From an uncultured Candidatus Rokubacteria bacterium (GTDB taxonomy: Bacteria > Methylomirabilota > Methylomirabilia > Rokubacteriales > CSP1-6), in assembly GCA_963747235.1 (NCBI GenBank), contig CAVVEU010000008.1, forward strand, positions 128,001 to 192,000: a stretch of 64,000 nt of DNA, given 5' to 3'. Below the pieces are notes generated by a model. That model saw only the letters and a list, made by a program, of their open reading frames with translations, was not told the origin of the DNA and did no database searches. Of this stretch, positions 12,033 through 21,359 are shown piece by piece (position 1 is the first letter of the stretch; each line of letters begins with the position of its first letter). Made by a program: the position numbers and the translations under genes.

Positions 12033-13303
12033 AGGCCGGCCGCCGCGCGTTCATCGGGCTCGGCGTCGCGGCCACCGCCTCGGCCGCCTTCCGCCCGGTC
12101 CGGGCGCTCGCGCAGGGCGCCGCCCCGCGCGTCGTGGTCGTCGGAGGCGGGTTCGCCGGCGCGAGCTGCGCCCGCGCCCTCCGCCAGGCCGCGCCGCGGG
12201 CGGCCGTCACGCTGGTCGAGGCGAACCCGACGTTCACCGCCTGCCCGTTCAGCAACGCGGTCATCGGCGGCCTGCGCGAGCTCTCCGCGCAGCGGTTCAC
12301 GTACGAGCGGGTCGCCGCCGACGGCATCACCCTGGCGCGCGCGCTCGCGACCGGCGTGGACGCGCAGGCGCGATCGGTCACGCTCGCGGACGGCGCGCGC
12401 CTGCCCTACGACCGGCTGGTGCTGGCCCCCGGCATCGACATGCGCTGGGGCGCGCTGCCCGGCTACGACGAGGCGGCGGCCGCCCAGATGCCGCACGCCT
12501 GGCGGGCGGGCGAGCAGACCGCGCTGCTGCGCCGGCAGCTCGAGGCGATGGACGACGGCGGCCTCGTCGTGATCTCGGCGCCCGCCAATCCGTTCCGCTG
12601 CCCGCCCGGGCCCTACGAGCGGGCCAGCCTGATCGCGCACTACCTCAAGACGAGGAAGCCGCGGTCCAAGCTGATCATCCTCGACGCCAAGGACGCGTTC
12701 TCCAAGCAGCGCCTGTTCCAGGCCGCCTGGGCCGAGCTGTACCCGGGCCTGCTCGAGTGGGTGCCGCTGTCCAAGGGCGGCAACGTCACCTCGGTGGACG
12801 CCGCGACGCGCACGCTCGTGACGGACTTCGGGCGGCACCAGGCGAAGGTGGCCAATGTCATCCCGCCGCAGAAGGCGGGCCGCATCGCCGAGGTGGCCGG
12901 CGTCGCCGACCGCACCGGCTGGTGCCCGATCGATCCGGTGACGTTCGAGTCGAAGCTGCAGGCCGGCATTCACGTCATCGGCGACGCGGCGATCGCGGGG
13001 GCGATGCCGAAGTCGGCCTTCGCCGCGAACGCGCAGGCCAAGACGTGCGCGGCGGCGGTGGCGCGGCTCCTCACCGGCGCGGTCCCGTCCACGCCCAAGC
13101 TGATCAATACCTGCTACAGCCTGGTCGCGCCCGACTACGGGATCTCGGTCGCCGGGGTCTACCAGCCGTCCGGCGGGCAGCTCGCGGAGGTCCCCGGCTC
13201 CGGAGGCGTCAGCCCGGCGGACGCGCCGCGCGCGACGCGGGCCGCGGAGGCCGTGCTCGCCGAGGCGTGGTTCCGCACGATCACCGGCGAGGTATTCGGG
13301 TGA
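12029..13303 (+). CDS. fccB: Flavocytochrome c sulfide dehydrogenase flavoprotein (FccB/SoxF)
   Basis: GRRAFI Tat signal, VVVVGGGFAG, CPFSN, RCPPGPYERAS, NTCYS; GTGA overlap with the cytochrome gene. Confidence 0.92.
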   Translation: MKAGRRAFIGLGVAATASAAFRPVRALAQGAAPRVVVVGGGFAGASCARALRQAAPRAAVTLVEANPTFTACPFSNAVIGGLRELSAQRFTYERVAADGITLARALATGVDAQARSVTLADGARLPYDRLVLAPGIDMRWGALPGYDEAAAAQMPHAWRAGEQTALLRRQLEAMDDGGLVVISAPANPFRCPPGPYERASLIAHYLKTRKPRSKLIILDAKDAFSKQRLFQAAWAELYPGLLEWVPLSKGGNVTSVDAATRTLVTDFGRHQAKVANVIPPQKAGRIAEVAGVADRTGWCPIDPVTFESKLQAGIHVIGDAAIAGAMPKSAFAANAQAKTCAAAVARLLTGAVPSTPKLINTCYSLVAPDYGISVAGVYQPSGGQLAEVPGSGGVSPADAPRATRAAEAVLAEAWFRTITGEVFG

Positions 13304-13722
13304 ACCGTCCGGCGTGGATGACCGTGGTCGCCGCGGTCTGCTGCCTGGCGGGGACGGCGCATGCCAGCGACGCCCTCCCGCAATCGCTCACCGGCGCCAA
13401 GGGTGATGCCACGCGCGGCCGCGCGATCGTCGCCAGCCGTCAGGTCGGCCTGTGCCTGCTGTGCCACAGCGGCCCGTTCCCGGAGGAGCGGTTCCAGGGC
13501 AACCTCGCCCCCGACCTCACGGGGGCGGGGACGCGCTGGTCCGAGGGCCAGCTCCGGCTCCGGATCGTGGATTCCAGCCGGCTCAATCCCGCGACGATCA
13601 TGCCGGCGTATCATGTGACGAACGGATTGGCGCGGGTGGCGCCGGCCTGGCGGGGCAAGCCCGTCCTGAGCGCCCAGCAGATCGAGGACGTGGTGGCCTT
13701 CTTGATGACGCTGAAGGACTGA
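13300..13722 (+). CDS. soxX: Sulfur oxidation c-type cytochrome SoxX
   Basis: GDATRGRAIV, CLLCHSG, GNLAPDL, NPATIMPAY; GTGA overlap. Confidence 0.9.
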   Translation: MNRPAWMTVVAAVCCLAGTAHASDALPQSLTGAKGDATRGRAIVASRQVGLCLLCHSGPFPEERFQGNLAPDLTGAGTRWSEGQLRLRIVDSSRLNPATIMPAYHVTNGLARVAPAWRGKPVLSAQQIEDVVAFLMTLKD

Positions 13723-13726
13723 CCGG

Positions 13727-14203
13727 ATGGACCGTCGAGCGTCGCGTCGCGAGTTCCTGCGGGCCGCCGGCGGCGTCGCGGCCGGCCTGGGGCTCGGGTC
13801 ACTCGTCGCGGTCCGGCCCGCGCGCGCCACCCCCGCCGAGATGGAAGACGCCATCCGCAAGGTGATCGGCTCCCCGACGGTCACCCCCGGTCGGGTGACG
13901 CTCGATCTGCCGCCCCTCATCGAGAACGGCAACGCGGTGCCGCTCACGGTGTCCGTGACGAGCCCGATGACCGGCGCCGATCACGTGCGGGCGATTCACG
14001 TCTTCACGCAGAAGAACCCGCAGCCCAATGTCGCGAGCTTCCACCTGGGGCCGCGCGCGGGCCGGGCGAAGGTGGCGACCCGTGTCCGGCTCGCCGACTC
14101 GCAGATGGTGATCGCGATCTGCGAGCTGAGCGACGGGACCTTCTGGTCGGACAGCGCGGACATCGTGGTCACCCTCGCGGCGTGTCTCGAGGACGGGATC
14201 TAG
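13727..14203 (+). CDS. soxY: SoxY-related carrier with AAC(I/L)E-type arm
   Basis: SRREFL Tat signal, PPLIENGNAVP, KNPQP, TRVRLADSQ; ends VVTLAACLEDGI instead of GGCGG. Confidence 0.88.
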   Translation: MDRRASRREFLRAAGGVAAGLGLGSLVAVRPARATPAEMEDAIRKVIGSPTVTPGRVTLDLPPLIENGNAVPLTVSVTSPMTGADHVRAIHVFTQKNPQPNVASFHLGPRAGRAKVATRVRLADSQMVIAICELSDGTFWSDSADIVVTLAACLEDGI

Positions 14204-14205
14204 CC

Positions 14206-14526
14206 GTGGCGAGCGTGCTGATCAACGTGCCCCCGCGGGCCAAGCGCGGCGAGATCATCGAGATCAAGACCCTGATCTCGCACACGATGGAGACGGGGTT
14301 CCGCCGCACCCAGCTCGGCGCGGTGATCCCCCGCGACATCATCCGGCGGTTCGCGTGCACCTACAACGGCACCGAGGTCTTCCGCGCCGAGCTCCACCCG
14401 GCGATCTCCGCCAATCCCTTCATCGTGTTCTCGACCATCGCCGTCGAGAGCGGCACGCTCGAGTTCCAGTGGACCGGCGACAACGGCTTCTCGGTGACGC
14501 AGTCGGCCGCCATCCTTGTCGAGTAG
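14206..14526 (+). CDS. soxZ: SoxZ carrier partner
   Basis: IKTLISHTMETGFRR, AISANPF, WTGDNG. Confidence 0.92.
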   Translation: MASVLINVPPRAKRGEIIEIKTLISHTMETGFRRTQLGAVIPRDIIRRFACTYNGTEVFRAELHPAISANPFIVFSTIAVESGTLEFQWTGDNGFSVTQSAAILVE

Positions 14527-15298
14527 GAGCCGACTCGCCGCCGCGGCGGTGGCGCTCGCGTTCGCGGCGTCGGCGTTCGCGGCCGAGATCCCCCGCGCCG
14601 ACCGCCGCTCCGGCTACGACTTCATGAGCCGCGAGACCCGGGCGATGCAGGACGACGACACCGCCAATCCGGGCATGCTCTGGGTCCTCGAGGGCGGAGC
14701 GCTCTGGACCCGGAAGACCGGCTCCGCCGGCCGGGCCTGCGCCGACTGTCACGGCGACGCCCGCGTGACCATGAAGGGCGTGGCCGCGCGCCATCCCGCG
14801 TTCGACGCCGCCCGGGGGCGGCCGCTCAACCTGGAGCAGCGCATCAACGCCTGCCGGGTCGACCGGCAGGGCGCGCCGCCGCTCGCCTACGAGAGCCGGG
14901 AGCTCCTGGCGCTGGCCGCCTACGTCGCGCGCCAGTCGCGCGGGGTGCCGATCGAGGTCGCGATCGACGCGCGGACCCAGCCGTTCCTCGACGCGGGCCA
15001 GGCCATCTACCATCGACGCCAGGGCCAGCTCAATCTGGCGTGCGGCCAGTGTCACGACGACCACTGGGGGCGGCAGCTCGCGGGCAATGTCATCCCGCAG
15101 GCGCACCCGACCGGGTACCCGCTCTACCGCCTGGAGTGGCAGGGGCTCGGCTCGCTCCAGCGGCGCCTGCGCAACTGCCTGGTGGGGATCCGCGCGGAGC
15201 CGTACGAGTTCGGCGCGCCCGAGCTCGTGCAGCTCGAGCTCTACCTGATGTGGCGCGCGCGGGGGATGACCTTCGAGGCGCCCGCGGTGCGGCCCTGA
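14516..15298 (+). CDS. soxA: Diheme SoxA cytochrome
   Basis: MQDDDTANPGMLWV, CADCH, RINAC, RQGQLNLACGQCH, YPLYRLEW, QRRLRNC, PAVRP. Confidence 0.93.
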   Translation: MSSRSRLAAAAVALAFAASAFAAEIPRADRRSGYDFMSRETRAMQDDDTANPGMLWVLEGGALWTRKTGSAGRACADCHGDARVTMKGVAARHPAFDAARGRPLNLEQRINACRVDRQGAPPLAYESRELLALAAYVARQSRGVPIEVAIDARTQPFLDAGQAIYHRRQGQLNLACGQCHDDHWGRQLAGNVIPQAHPTGYPLYRLEWQGLGSLQRRLRNCLVGIRAEPYEFGAPELVQLELYLMWRARGMTFEAPAVRP

Positions 15299-15311
15299 GG
15301 CCGCGCCGCGC

Positions 15312-16503
15312 TCAGCCCTGCGGCCGGACTTCCTGGGCGAGGTAGTCGATCGCCGCCTGCACGCCGCCGGATCCGTGCGGGATCCCGAGCGCCGCGAGCC
15401 CCATCTCGATCGAGCCGAGGACCCCGAACATCATGGGCGCGTTGATGTGGCCCATGTGGGCGATGCGGAAGGCCTTGCCCGAGAGCTCGCCGATGCCGAC
15501 GCCGACGACCACGCCGCAGTGCGCGCGGCAGTAGGCGAGCAGGGGCTTCGGATCGCCGCCGGGCGTCCGGACGGTCGTGACCGAGTTGCTGCGCTCCGCC
15601 GGCTCGGTGATGTTCAGCGCCAGCGCCCCGCTCTCCGCCCATCGGCCGACCGCCCGGCGCGTGGCTTCTCCGAGCAGCGCGTGGCGACGGGCGGCCTGCG
15701 GGAGGCCCTCGGCGAACAGCATGTCCATCGCCTTGCGCAGGGCGAACAGCAGGTGCTGCGGCGGGGTGCCGCCGTACTTCTGGTAGTGCACCTCGCCCAT
15801 GCGGAACGTCCAGTCCCAGTAGCGCGTGCGCAGGTCGGCCTTCTGGTGGGCGGCCAGCGCCCGGTCATTGGCCGCGACGAAGGCCAGGCCGGGTGGGGTC
15901 ATCAGCCCCTTCTGCGAGCCCGACATGGCGACGTCCACCTTCCAGGCATCCATCTCGAACGGCATGCAGCCGAGCGAGGCCACGCAGTCGACCATCAGGA
16001 GGGCGGGGTGATTGGTCGAGTCGATGGCCCGACGGATGGCCGGGATATCGTTGACGACCGCCGAGGCGGTGTCGACCTGCACGACGAGGATCGCCTTGAT
16101 CTCGTGGGCGGTGTCGGCCGCCAGGCGCTGGGCCACCGCGGCCGGATCCACCGCGCGCCGCCAGTCTCCCTTCAGCACCTCGACCTTGATCCCCAGCATC
16201 CGCGCCATGTCGCCCCAGCCGAGCGCGAACACGCCGGACTCGAGCACCAGCACCGTCTCGCCTCGCGACAGGACATTGCTGACCGCCGCTTCCCAGCCGC
16301 CGTGCCCGTTGGCCGCGTAGATGAAGACGCGCCCGGCCGTGCCGGAACAGCCGGGGCAGATCCTCGAGCAGGGTCCGGGTCAGCTCGACCATGTCGCCCG
16401 AGTAGATGTCGATCGCCGGGCGGTGCATCGCCTGGAGCACGGCGTCCGGGATATTGGTCGGGCCGGGGATGCTGAGAAATTCGCGACCGTTGGCGACTGT
16501 CAT
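15312..16503 (-). CDS. Class V PLP aminotransferase (serine-glyoxylate / alanine-glyoxylate type), frameshift near 16345
   Basis: GREFLSIPGPTNIP, DCVASLG, SGSQKGLMTPPG, FRIAHMGH. Confidence 0.9.
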
Positions 16504-16532
16504 GGAAGACATCCTAGCATTTCGAGCCGGGC

Positions 16533-17358
16533 CTAGGCGGTGGCCTTCAGCGAGAACATCAGGGGCAGGCTGCCCCGGCCCTGGGGCAGGCGCGGGTCCT
16601 CCGGCAGGCGCCACCAGCCGTCGGCGTCCTGCTCCATCCACGGGAAGAACCGCCACGCCATGAACGGGTACTCGTCGAACGCGGTGATCCGGAGGCCGGC
16701 GCGGACGAGCGCGCCGATGAGGTCCGAGACCGTGTGGAGCCAGACGTGCTCGACGCTCGCGATCGGCGCGTCCGGCGTGCTGTAGCAGCCGGGGTACTCC
16801 TCGCGGATGGGCTCCGGCCCGTGGAAGTACGGGTAGAGCAGCCGCAGGGCCGGCTCGGCCAGCGCGATCGTCGAAGATCTGGAGCAGGGGATGCGCCTCG
16901 ACGATGTAGAAGATGCCGCCCGGCGCCAGGAAGTGGGCGATCACCTGGGCCCAGCGCTCCAGGTCGGGCAGCCAGCCCAGCACGCCGTGGGAGGTGAAGA
17001 CGACGTCGAAGCGGCCGGTGAGATGCCGGGGCAGGTCGTAGAGGTCGCTCTGCACGAAGGTGGCGGGTACTCCCATCCGGGCCGCGAGCGCCCGCGCGGC
17101 GGTCACCGCTTCCTCGGAGAAGTCCACGCCGGTGACCGTCGCGCCGTGTCCGGCCCAGCGGATGGTGTCCATCCCGAAGTGGCACTGGAGGTGGAGCAGC
17201 GACTTGCCCCGGACGTCTCCCGGCCCGGCGCGGTCGATCGGGCGGAGATCGCGCCCGCGGCCCGCCGCGAATGCCTCGACGTCGTACATCTCGGACCGGA
17301 GGTTGATCCGCGTCCAGGCGTTCCAGAGCGTGCGGTTGGCCTCGCGGTACTCGTCCAC
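16533..17358 (-). CDS. Class I SAM-dependent methyltransferase, frameshift near 16862
   Basis: LLHLQCHFGMDT, GVDFS, FDVVFTSHGVLGWLPDL; C-terminal LPLMFSLKATA in another frame. Confidence 0.88.
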
Positions 17359-17361
17359 GGT

Positions 17362-18411
17362 CTACGCGTCCAGGCGATAGACCCGCCGGGCGGTGCCGCT
17401 GAACATGGCCTGCTTCTCCGCGGCGGAGGCGCCGCCCGCGATCCGCTTGAGCGCGTTCCAGAGCCCCGCCCAGCCGATGCCCATCTTGTCCACCGGGAAG
17501 TTGCTCTCGAACAGGCAGCGGCTCGCGCCGAAGAGCTCGATGCACGTCTCGATGTACGGACGCCAGAGGGCGGCCAGCTCGGTGGAGGTGGGCGGCTTCG
17601 GCTGGGTGCGGTAGTCGTAGGCGGCCAGGCGCATCATCATGCCGCCGAGCTTCACGACCACGTTGGGGCATCGCGCGAGCTCGGCGATCTGCGGCTTCCA
17701 GGCCGCGAAGACGTCCTTCTGCTTGCCGGTGTAGGGGCCGTAGCCGAGCACGCCGCCGACGTGGCCGAGGATGATCGTGGTGTCGGGGAACGCGCGGGCC
17801 AGGTCCACCACGTCCGCGAGCTGCGGATGGAACACCCAGGCGTCGAGCGAGAGGCCGAGCCGGGTGAGCACCGCGAGGCCCGCCCGGAAGTCGGGCCGCT
17901 GGTAGACGTGCGGCCCGTCGGCCACCGCGCTGTTGCCGATGATGTCGCTCGCGTCCCACGCCGCCGAGTGCCGCACCCCGCGGAAGCGCCCGCCGCCGGC
18001 GCGCAGATGCGCCTGCAGCACCGGCTCCACGCGGTCGCCCAGGGTGAGGTCCGCGAAGCCCACGATGCCGGCGGCGACGCGGGTGGGCCCGTACATGCCG
18101 CTGGCGCTCATCGCGGCCTGGCCGGCCACGAACTCGGTCTCGCCCACCGGCCGCATCTCCGCGGGCCCGGCCGCGCGGTACATCGAGTGGCATTCGAGGA
18201 ACACGGTGGCGACCAGGTTGTGGCCGGTGGCGGCGTCCGCGAGGAAGTCGGTCAGGAGGTAGCGGTGGCCCTCGCGGTCCCACAGGTGGTGATGCGTGTC
18301 GATGATCGGCAGGTCGGGCTCGAGGATCGGCTCGGGCGGCTGCGTGGCCAGCCACGCCTCGTCCGGATGATGGATTCTCCCGAACTGGGTCGGACGGTCG
18401 GACGCGCTCAT
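17362..18411 (-). CDS. Amidohydrolase family protein (Amidohydro_2)
   Basis: IIDTHHHLW, FRGVRH, ILGHVGG, LFESNFPVDK, GTARRVYRL. Confidence 0.92.
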   Translation of the reverse strand: MSASDRPTQFGRIHHPDEAWLATQPPEPILEPDLPIIDTHHHLWDREGHRYLLTDFLADAATGHNLVATVFLECHSMYRAAGPAEMRPVGETEFVAGQAAMSASGMYGPTRVAAGIVGFADLTLGDRVEPVLQAHLRAGGGRFRGVRHSAAWDASDIIGNSAVADGPHVYQRPDFRAGLAVLTRLGLSLDAWVFHPQLADVVDLARAFPDTTIILGHVGGVLGYGPYTGKQKDVFAAWKPQIAELARCPNVVVKLGGMMMRLAAYDYRTQPKPPTSTELAALWRPYIETCIELFGASRCLFESNFPVDKMGIGWAGLWNALKRIAGGASAAEKQAMFSGTARRVYRLDA

Positions 18412-19246
18412 GCGGAGTCTCCCAGGGTGCGCAGCAGGGTTTCGCTCGCGCGGTCGGCGGGGAAGAAGCACTCCACGCGCAGCTCGTGCAGCGTGATGTC
18501 GTACGGGACGCCGAGCGTGGTCAGCGTGGAGAAGAACGTGAGATGGGTGTTCCCGCGGCGCAGCTCGACACCCAGGAACGGCACCGGCGCGGCGTCGAGA
18601 TCCAGGGTCCGCCACTTCTGGGGCACGTCCGGGTAGGAGAGCAGCTCTTCGAGCAGCCGGCTCGTCTCCGCGTCGCCGATGCCGCGGGCCAGGTCGCGAT
18701 GCAGCCACTGGATGAGTCCGGCCGCGGTGGCTTCCCAGTTGACGATGAAGGGGCGCATGCCGCGCGGATGGTAGAAGAGGCGCATCGCGTTGGGCGGGCC
18801 GCCGACCGCCGCCACCGCGTCGGCGTCGAGGAACAGGCCCATCAGCCGCCGGGCGCCGCCATTGGTCATCAGGATGTTCCAGTGGCCGTCGATGACCAGG
18901 CCGGGGTAGGGCTCCTGCTGGCGCATCATGAAGTCGAGCGCCCGCCGCACGTCGGCCATCTCGGGCGCCTCGAGGCCGGTTTCCCGGTACACCGGCGCGT
19001 AGCCGGCGGCGGTCAGCAGGTCGTTGCGCCCGCGCGGCGGGACCTCGAGCACGCGGCTCAGCAGCAGCACCATGTCGCGGCTCGGCTGGGCGCGGCCCGT
19101 CTCGATGAAGCTCAGGTGCCGCGAGGAGATCTCGGCGTCCACCGCCAGGGCGAGCTGGCTCAGGCGCCGGCGCTCGCGCCACTGCTTGAGCAGGCGGCCG
19201 AACGTGCCCCCCGTGCGGCTCGCAGTCGCTGGGTTCTGGTCGTCAT
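18408..19246 (-). CDS. XRE-family HTH regulator with MmyB-like ligand-binding domain (frameshift near the 5' end)
   Basis: FGRLLKQWRERRRLSQLALA, SSRHLSFIETGRAQPSR, LLTAAGYAP, ELRVECFFPAD. Confidence 0.9.
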
Positions 19247-19280
19247 GCGGGGAAGTATACGCAGGACGGGATCGAGCGCC

Positions 19281-19297
19281 ATTACCTCCAAGGTAAT
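19281..19297. promoter_or_regulatory. Palindromic operator ATTACCT-CCA-AGGTAAT between the divergent regulator and thioesterase
   Basis: Perfect 7-3-7 AT-rich inverted repeat in a short divergent intergenic region. Confidence 0.7.
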
Positions 19298-19343
19298 TGA
19301 ACTGGCTCCCGGTTTCGGGGAGGATGGCGGCCGGAGGTCACCC

Positions 19344-19742
19344 ATGGACATCGATCCCACCCCGTTCAACGAGCGGATGGCCGGAACCCTGAGCACGCTG
19401 CTGGGGCTGCGCATCGTGGAGGCGAGCCCCGACCGCGTGGTGGCGGAGCTGACGATCCGCGACGAGCTGCGCACCGTCGGCGGCGCGCTGCACGGCGGGA
19501 CCCTGATGGCGCTGGCCGACACGGTGGGCGCCGCCGCCACCATCGTGAACCTGCCGCCGGGCGCGGGCACGACCACGCTCGAGTCGAAGACCAACTTCTT
19601 CGCGGCCGGGCGCGACGGCGTGGTGCGCGCGGAGGCCACGCCGCTGCACCGGGGCAAGCGCACCCAGGTGTGGCAGACCCGCGTCACCGACGAATCCGGC
19701 CGGCTCCTCTCCCTGACGACCCAGACCCAGATGGTGCTGTGA
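19344..19742 (+). CDS. PaaI-family hotdog thioesterase
   Basis: GALHGGTLMALAD, TTLESKTNF, HRGKRTQVW; RBS ggagg. Confidence 0.92.
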   Translation: MDIDPTPFNERMAGTLSTLLGLRIVEASPDRVVAELTIRDELRTVGGALHGGTLMALADTVGAAATIVNLPPGAGTTTLESKTNFFAAGRDGVVRAEATPLHRGKRTQVWQTRVTDESGRLLSLTTQTQMVL

Positions 19743-20690
19743 AGGTCGCCTTCGCGGGGGTCTTCGCGGGCCACGTCGCCGACCGGGTGCGGGCGCGCCT
19801 GCGCATTCCGTGCGAGGTGACGCTGATCGACGATCGCGACGATCGGCGACGTGGACGTGCTGGTGAGCATGGCCTTCACGCGCGAGATGGCCGCGGCCGC
19901 CCCGCGGCTGCGCCTGGTGCAGGTGCCGGGCGCGGGCCTCGATCGCATCGACCGGGCCGCGCTCGCGCCGGGCACCGCGCTGGCCAATGCCTACGGCCAC
20001 GACGTCGGCATCGCGGAGTACGTGATCGGCGCGATGCTCGCGATCACCCGGAGCTTCTGTCGCATCGACGCCGACCTGCGCCGGGGCCGCTGGGACAGCG
20101 TGTGGTCGGGCGCGCCGGTGCCGCTCTGGCCGGAGCTGGCCGGCAAGACCCTGGGCATCCTCGGCTACGGCCGCATCGGCCAGGCGGTCGCCCGGCGGGC
20201 GCTGGCCTTCGACATGGACGTGCTGGCGATCCGGCGCGACGCGAGCCGGCCCGATCCGCACGGGCTCGCGTTCGTGCGCGGCCCGGCGGCGCTCGACGAG
20301 GTGCTGGGGCGCGCCGACTACCTGGCCATCACGCTGGCGCTCACCCCCGACACGCGCGGGCTCATCGGCGCCCGGGAGCTCGCGCGGATGAAGCCCACCG
20401 CGGTGCTGATCAACGTGGCCCGCGGCGAGGTGGTGGACGAGGACGCGCTCTACGACGCGCTCCACCGCGGCGCGATCGCGGGCGCCGCGCTCGACGTCTG
20501 GTACCGCTACCCGACGGGCGCCGCGCCGGTCCATCCCGGCCACCGCCCGTTCCACGAGCTGCCGAACGTGCTGATGACGCCCCACGTGTCGGGCTGGACG
20601 GAAGGGATGATGGACGCCCGGGCCGGGATCATCGCCGAGAACATCCATCGCACCGCGCGGGGCGAGGCGCCCGTCAACCTGATCGGGTAG
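19739..20690 (+). CDS. D-isomer-specific 2-hydroxyacid dehydrogenase, frameshift near 19840
   Basis: GAGLDRID, GILGYGRIG, LINVARG, GAALDVW, TPHVSG. Confidence 0.9.
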
Positions 20691-20807
20691 AACTCACCCG
20701 GAAAATCGTACCCGGAGGCCGCCATCCAAGGGAGGGAAGGACGCCGCGGCGGGTACTTGCGCTGGGCACGCGCCATGCTCGTGGAGGGGATAGGAGGTCG
20801 ACCATCC

Positions 20808-21047
20808 ATGAGCGTGACGCGCAAGGTGCGTATCAATCTGGTCAGCGAGCGGGAGCTGCTGGAGATCCCCGGGCTGGACCCTGCCGGGGCGGCCGCGATC
20901 GCACGGTTCCGCGCGGAGCACGGCCCCATCGAGGAGGCCGCCCAGCTCTCGGCCATTCTTCGTGGTCATCCGGGGGTGACTGCCGTGAAGGAGAGCGTGG
21001 ACTTCGCCCCGGCCGACACCACCGCGCCCGAAGCGCCGGGGGCGTAG
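20808..21047 (+). CDS. Small helix-hairpin-helix (ComEA-like) protein
   Basis: RINLVSERELLEIPGL...AIARFRAEHGPI; RBS aggagg. Confidence 0.7.
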   Translation: MSVTRKVRINLVSERELLEIPGLDPAGAAAIARFRAEHGPIEEAAQLSAILRGHPGVTAVKESVDFAPADTTAPEAPGA

Positions 21048-21086
21048 ACTCGGCGGACGCGATACAACTGCGGTAGACTTCGGCCG

Positions 21087-21359
21087 ATGAGCGCCAAGAC
21101 CCCGTCGCGGCAGGAGTCGCTCACCCGGGCGCTGGATTTCCTCGCCGCGGGGGAGTGGCAGCGCGCCCACGAGATCGTCCAGGAGGACAAGTCGGAGCTG
21201 GCCTCGTGGCTGCACGGGATCGTCCACACGCTGGAGGGCGATCTCGACAACGCGCGCTACTGGTACCGCCGCACCACGCGCGAGTTCCCGGGCGCGGCCG
21301 CGGTGCAGCGCGAGATCGTCGCCGCGCGCCTAGCGCTCGCCGAGGAACATCGCGCGTAG
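21087..21359 (+). CDS. Conserved small hypothetical protein
   Basis: WQRAHEIVQ..WLHGIVH..EGDLDNARYWY pattern; TAGACT box 7 nt before the ATG. Confidence 0.75.
   Translation: MSAKTPSRQESLTRALDFLAAGEWQRAHEIVQEDKSELASWLHGIVHTLEGDLDNARYWYRRTTREFPGAAAVQREIVAARLALAEEHRA

Noticed and set aside
13300-15298. Calling the locus a complete thiosulfate-oxidising Sox system
   Set aside because: soxB and soxCD are absent from the window and SoxY lacks GGCGG
15865-17358. Apparent methyltransferase-aminotransferase fusion
   Set aside because: Frameshift artefact; the methyltransferase ends at 16533 and the aminotransferase has its own promoter-like box
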